This document shows, in pieces, positions 60,502 through 64,000 of a stretch of DNA of 64,000 nt. Both the position numbers and the translations under genes were made by a program. The notes below the pieces were generated by a model. It had not been told where the DNA came from. It saw nothing but the letters and a program-made list of their open reading frames with translations, and made no database searches. Position 1 is the stretch's first letter. Each line of letters starts with the position of its first letter. Source of the stretch: Candidatus Shapirobacteria bacterium (GTDB lineage Bacteria > Patescibacteriota > Microgenomatia > UBA12405). The stretch spans positions 139,130 to 203,129 of the forward strand of contig JBAZTV010000002.1 of NCBI GenBank assembly GCA_041661765.1. The letters are read 5' to 3'.

Positions 60502-60816
60502 ATGAAATACGCAGTCATTGCCATTTCTGGCACCCAACACCAAGTTGAAGAAAACCAAAAAATTGTTGTCGATCTTTTAAACCTAAAAGAAGATGAAAAA
60601 TCTTCCACTGATCAGGTTTTATTGACTGTCAATGAAGACAAAGTTACTGTCGGCACTCCAACCGTCAAAAATGCTTCTGTCGAATTTAAAGTTTTAAAAA
60701 ATTTCCAAGGTGAAAAACTTAAAGTTTTTAAATATAAATCAAAATCTCGTTATCGTAAAACCACCGGTTTCAGAGCTCAACTAACTGAAATCGAAATTAC
60801 TAAAATTAATTTCTAA
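60502..60816 (+). CDS. rplU: 50S ribosomal protein L21
   Basis: MKYAVIAISGTQHQVEENQKIVVD...KSKSRYRKTTGFRAQLTEI. Confidence 0.9.
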   Translation: MKYAVIAISGTQHQVEENQKIVVDLLNLKEDEKSSTDQVLLTVNEDKVTVGTPTVKNASVEFKVLKNFQGEKLKVFKYKSKSRYRKTTGFRAQLTEIEITKINF

Positions 60817-60819
60817 AAC

Positions 60820-61134
60820 ATGGCACATACAAAATCACAGGGTAAAACCAATCAAAAATCAAATCGACCCGGACAAAGAAGAGGTGTAAAAGTTTTTGGT
60901 AGTCAAACAATTAAAGTCGGCGAAATCATCATTCGACAAGTAGGTTCCAGTTTTCACGCTGGCAAAGGCACTAAAACAGGTAAAGATTTCACCATCTACG
61001 CCATGAGGCCAGGCATTGTAAAATTCTTCAAAAAATTTGGCAAAAACATCGTCTCCGTAATCAAAGCTGAAAAAACTAAAAAAGAAATTACTGCTAAAAA
61101 AATCACTACCAAAAAAATAGTCGACAAAGCATAA
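60820..61134 (+). CDS. rpmA: 50S ribosomal protein L27 with Lys-rich C-terminal extension
   Basis: MAHTKSQGKTNQKSNRPGQRRGVKVFGSQ...GKDFTIYA. Confidence 0.9.
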   Translation: MAHTKSQGKTNQKSNRPGQRRGVKVFGSQTIKVGEIIIRQVGSSFHAGKGTKTGKDFTIYAMRPGIVKFFKKFGKNIVSVIKAEKTKKEITAKKITTKKIVDKA

Positions 61135-61206
61135 ATTTCAATTTGACGTATTCTGCATCACTTTTTCTCACTTTTTTCACGCATATTTTCATAGTATCAT
61201 TTAACT

Positions 61207-62049
61207 ATGACTATGAAACAAGTTTCTCAAATCCCAACCAATCAATTAGAACCAAATCCACTGCAACCACGAGGTATTATTAATCAAGAATCAATTTCTG
61301 AATTAATTGAGTCTATTAAAGAGCATGGAATATTAGAACCGCTCATTATTGCTAAAACTCCAGCCGGATATCAAATAATCGCTGGAGAAAGGCGCTGGCG
61401 TTCTGCTAGAGCCCTCAAATTAGAATACGTTCCAGCTATTATCAAAGAAACCACTCCTCAACAAATGTTAGAAATGGCCATTGTTGAAAATGTCCAACGA
61501 AAAGATCTAAATCCAATGGAACGTGCCAAAGCATTTTTACGACTTAGAGAAGAATTCACTTTTGATAATAATAAAATCGCCAAACGAGTTAGTAAAAGTG
61601 TTCCTTATGTCATTAATTGTCTAAAATTATTAACTCTTCCAGATGCCATCAAAGATGGTCTATTATCTGGTCTCATCAGCGAAGGTCATGCTCGTGCCTT
61701 ATCTGGAATAGGGGACACTCGATTAATGATCGAAGCCTACAAAATTATTTTAAAAGAAAAAGCCTCTGTTCGCCGTGCTGAAGATATTGCCAGAAGAATG
61801 AGAAAAAAAATTGAAGAAGGTGATGTTCCGATTACTAAAGAAAATTTACCTCAATTTTTAAAATCAAAAATCGACAATATTAGTCAAGATCTTCAATCAG
61901 TTTTTAATAAAAAAACCACCTCTGTAAAAATTATTCAAACTAACGTCTTAACAAAAGTAACATTCCAATTTAAAGGCCCAATTGATCAAAGATTTGACGA
62001 ATTAAAAAACCTTTATAAACAAGTTTGTAAGAAAGACCTGCAAAATTAA
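61207..62049 (+). CDS. parB: ParB/Spo0J chromosome-partitioning protein
   Basis: LQPRGIINQESISELIESIKEHGILEPLII...IIAGERRWRSA is the ParB box. Confidence 0.85.
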   Translation: MTMKQVSQIPTNQLEPNPLQPRGIINQESISELIESIKEHGILEPLIIAKTPAGYQIIAGERRWRSARALKLEYVPAIIKETTPQQMLEMAIVENVQRKDLNPMERAKAFLRLREEFTFDNNKIAKRVSKSVPYVINCLKLLTLPDAIKDGLLSGLISEGHARALSGIGDTRLMIEAYKIILKEKASVRRAEDIARRMRKKIEEGDVPITKENLPQFLKSKIDNISQDLQSVFNKKTTSVKIIQTNVLTKVTFQFKGPIDQRFDELKNLYKQVCKKDLQN

Positions 62050-62645
62050 AACCTAACTGCTGGAACCAAACCTATCGAAGATACTGGCCAATATTTAAAA
62101 AATGCCTTTCCTACAATTAATTCTTTTTTAATTGGACCAAATTCACGACCATCTCGAGAATGCTGTCTATTGTCACCAAAACATAAATATTCATCACTTG
62201 GAACCATTAATTCAACTCCTTCCTGGGCATATTGACCTTCCATTGTTATGACATCACTAGCCAAAAATGTCTGATTCAATAATTCTCCATTCAAATAAAC
62301 CTTTCCATTTTTAACCATTACCTTATCACCTGGAAGTCCGATAATTCTTTTAATATATTCACACTCTTCAGCTGCACAAGGTTCAGTTGATGGAGCTTTA
62401 AAAATAACTACATCACCTCGCTGCGGATCCCCCAAATAGTAAGATATTTTCTCTGTCAATAAAAATTCCTTATCCACAAAATTTGGTAACATCGAGCTCC
62501 CTTTCACTTCATTTGGTTGGGCCACAAAAAGATACAAGAGTACAAAAACTGCTAAAGCTAAAACTATTGATTGAATAAAATCCAAAATAAAACCACCAAT
62601 TGACCCTCTCTGATTTTTATAAATTTCACTTTTCATAATTATCAA
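62046..62645 (-). CDS. lepB: signal peptidase I (S26)
   Basis: GSSMLPNF carries the catalytic Ser. YIKRIIGLPGD carries the catalytic Lys. N-terminal TM helix. Confidence 0.85.
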   Translation of the reverse strand: MIIMKSEIYKNQRGSIGGFILDFIQSIVLALAVFVLLYLFVAQPNEVKGSSMLPNFVDKEFLLTEKISYYLGDPQRGDVVIFKAPSTEPCAAEECEYIKRIIGLPGDKVMVKNGKVYLNGELLNQTFLASDVITMEGQYAQEGVELMVPSDEYLCFGDNRQHSRDGREFGPIKKELIVGKAFFKYWPVSSIGLVPAVRF

Positions 62646-62662
62646 TTATAGTGGAATTTTGG

Positions 62663-62677
62663 TTGACTTGGTATAAT
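62663..62677 (+). promoter_or_regulatory. extended -10 promoter upstream of tRNA-Val
   Basis: TTGACT is directly abutting TGGTATAAT (TGn-TATAAT). Confidence 0.4.
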
Positions 62678-62689
62678 CTAATTCACCAA

Positions 62690-62743
62690 GGTTGTTTAGC
62701 CTTTGCCCGTCCGTAGCTTTAGCGAAGGAGGGTCAGTTGGTTA
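62690..62743 (+). other. partial duplication of the tRNA-Val 5' half, interrupted by a 32-nt GC-rich insert
   Basis: GGTTGTTTAGC (matching tRNA nt 1-11), then CTTTGCCCGTCCGTAGCTTTAGCGAAGGAGGG, then TCAGTTGGTTA (matching tRNA nt 12-22). The true tRNA starts 13 nt downstream. Confidence 0.4.
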
Positions 62744-62755
62744 ATAAATTTATTA

Positions 62756-62829
62756 GGTTGTTTAGCTCAGTTGGTTAGAGCGTTCCGTTCACATCGGAGA
62801 GGTCACAGGTTCGAATCCTGTAACAACCA
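62756..62829 (+). tRNA. tRNA-Val (anticodon CAC)
   Basis: GGTTGTT acceptor, GCTCAGTTGGTTAGAGC D-arm, TTCCG-TTCACAT-CGGAG anticodon arm, ACAGG-TTCGAAT-CCTGT T-arm, AACAACC-A. CCA is not encoded. Confidence 0.85.
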
Positions 62830-63888
62830 CTTCTTAAAATAATCCTTATCGTAGGCCTTAATTAAAACCTCAGTTCCATAATTAAACGCTGCAAAATTAT
62901 TTGCACAGACTTCAAAATAATTTTTCTGTGTTATTTTATTTTGATTTAATTCCAAAATTTCATTCATCTTCTGATAACTTATTGCTGCATTTTCACTAAT
63001 CTTAAAACCTTTTTTATTTTTATTTAATTTAATTAGATTATCAATCAAATCCTGATAACTATTAGTAATTTTAAAACCTTTACTTGCTTCATTTTTTGAA
63101 CAATTATTTATAAACGACAACCAAATAGTCGCATTGTCGATAATTTTTCCACTAATAATTGTTTCATTTTTTCCTTTTTTAAAATCAAAAATATTCCTTA
63201 TCAAAACTCTAGGTTGATTTTTATCCAAAGATTTTAAAGCTGCCTTTAATTCTTTATTGTTTTTATTTAAAACTAATAAAGAATTTATATCTTCTTTTAT
63301 TATCGATTTCAAAAATGAAACATTATCTTTATTGTTAATAATTTGGCCATCAATTGGATTAATTTTAATATTACTAATTTCTCCATTAGTAATATTTTTT
63401 TCCCAATAATACCAATTAGTATTATCTGTATTACCCGCCACCACATGAATTAAACCATCACCATTTCCAACTAAATTAACATTACAAGATTTATAATTTT
63501 TATTTTTTATCACCACAAAACCATCATTATCATTAACAGGGGATTCATTATCGCATTTAACCGAATAATCAACTGGTGAACCAACAAAAACTACTAAACT
63601 GTTACTCAAATCTTGAGATTCGCCGACCACACCCACTTGGCTTAATCCAATTTCCATCATTACTTGATTAATAGTTTTATTAACAATTTCTCCATGTTTA
63701 CTATTGATCTCTATTGCGTCACTTTTTCCATAATTTGCACTTCTTACCAAAACAGTGCCATCTCCACTAGTGGAATACAAAAATTTATTAATTCTTCCGT
63801 CTGGCCAAATCCCCAAAACATTATCAAAAACATTATTATTTTTAAGTTCAATAGAATCAATCGTTTTAAAATAACTACCAGCAAACAA
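62803..63888 (-). CDS. hypothetical protein; may continue upstream toward the window edge
   Basis: 361 aa, Asn/Lys-rich, with a GDGTVLVRSANYG segment. The 3' end overlaps tRNA-Val in antisense by 27 bp. Confidence 0.35.
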   Translation of the reverse strand: MFAGSYFKTIDSIELKNNNVFDNVLGIWPDGRINKFLYSTSGDGTVLVRSANYGKSDAIEINSKHGEIVNKTINQVMMEIGLSQVGVVGESQDLSNSLVVFVGSPVDYSVKCDNESPVNDNDGFVVIKNKNYKSCNVNLVGNGDGLIHVVAGNTDNTNWYYWEKNITNGEISNIKINPIDGQIINNKDNVSFLKSIIKEDINSLLVLNKNNKELKAALKSLDKNQPRVLIRNIFDFKKGKNETIISGKIIDNATIWLSFINNCSKNEASKGFKITNSYQDLIDNLIKLNKNKKGFKISENAAISYQKMNEILELNQNKITQKNYFEVCANNFAAFNYGTEVLIKAYDKDYFKKWLLQDSNL

Positions 63889-64000
63889 TTTTAAATTTAT
63901 CCCATAATTTGCACCATTAATATTTTTATTTTTTAAAAAAGTATTATTCGTTTCTAATTTATCATTACTTAAAATTTTTCCATTTTTATTAACATAATTA

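Noticed and set aside
1-64000. CRISPR arrays, rRNA genes, transposases, integrases or prophage genes
   Set aside because: No regularly spaced repeats of 25-40 bp with unique spacers, no rRNA-like conserved stretches and no recombinase-like ORFs were seen. The only repeats are the intragenic ones described above.
1-64000. Alternative genetic code (UGA recoding as in Gracilibacteria/SR1)
   Set aside because: Long conserved genes (ftsZ, ileS, glyQS, murA) are uninterrupted under code 11. At least one gene ends with TGA (25664-25666).

Overview
This is an AT-rich bacterial window, densely packed with genes. The short, minimal versions of conserved proteins suggest a reduced genome of the Patescibacteria/CPR type; that is an inference, not a computed result. 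Standard code 11 fits, because all long conserved ORFs are intact and some stop at TGA.

1. Positions 1-37.2 kb hold a very large cell-envelope glycosylation island. It contains rfbF, an LtaS-like protein, a PMT/ArnT-like GT-C protein, ugd, a Wzx flippase, galE, an O-antigen-ligase-like protein, mannose-1-P guanylyltransferase, an initiating sugar-phosphate transferase, a hexapeptide acetyltransferase and about 11 GT2/GT4 glycosyltransferases. Inside this island a 2512-aa secreted giant repeat protein is encoded on the opposite strand.

2. Positions 37.2-55.9 kb hold recO-like and glyQS, then a compact dcw/cell-division cluster: rsmH, ftsL-like, ftsI, murE, mpl/murC-like, murA, mraY, ftsW, murG, ftsQ-like, ftsA and ftsZ. 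Two unusual things are inserted in this cluster. One is a Bpt/ATE-like tRNA-transferase-fold gene. The other is a cassette of an NlpC/P60-like gene, a 52-aa LysW-like zinc-ribbon gene that is absent from the ORF track, a PLP fold-II enzyme and an ATP-grasp ligase. The cassette sits where murD would normally be.

3. Positions 56-64 kb hold ileS, rodA, rplU-rpmA, parB, lepB and tRNA-Val(CAC).

The most unusual sequence-level signal is a family of short GC-rich palindromic mini-elements. Each is a 10-11 bp stem with a GTCA/CGTC loop followed by a G-rich tail, about 40 bp in total. At least four copies lie in-frame inside glycosyltransferase coding sequences and one lies at the metK/galE junction. 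They resemble Rickettsia palindromic elements.

Other notable points are a 20-bp perfect palindrome between operon genes, an HTH-Fic protein with a degenerate catalytic motif and an upstream operator-like repeat array, a partial 5'-half duplication of the tRNA-Val gene, and internal near-identical 250-bp repeats plus a 27-bp tandem repeat inside the giant gene.
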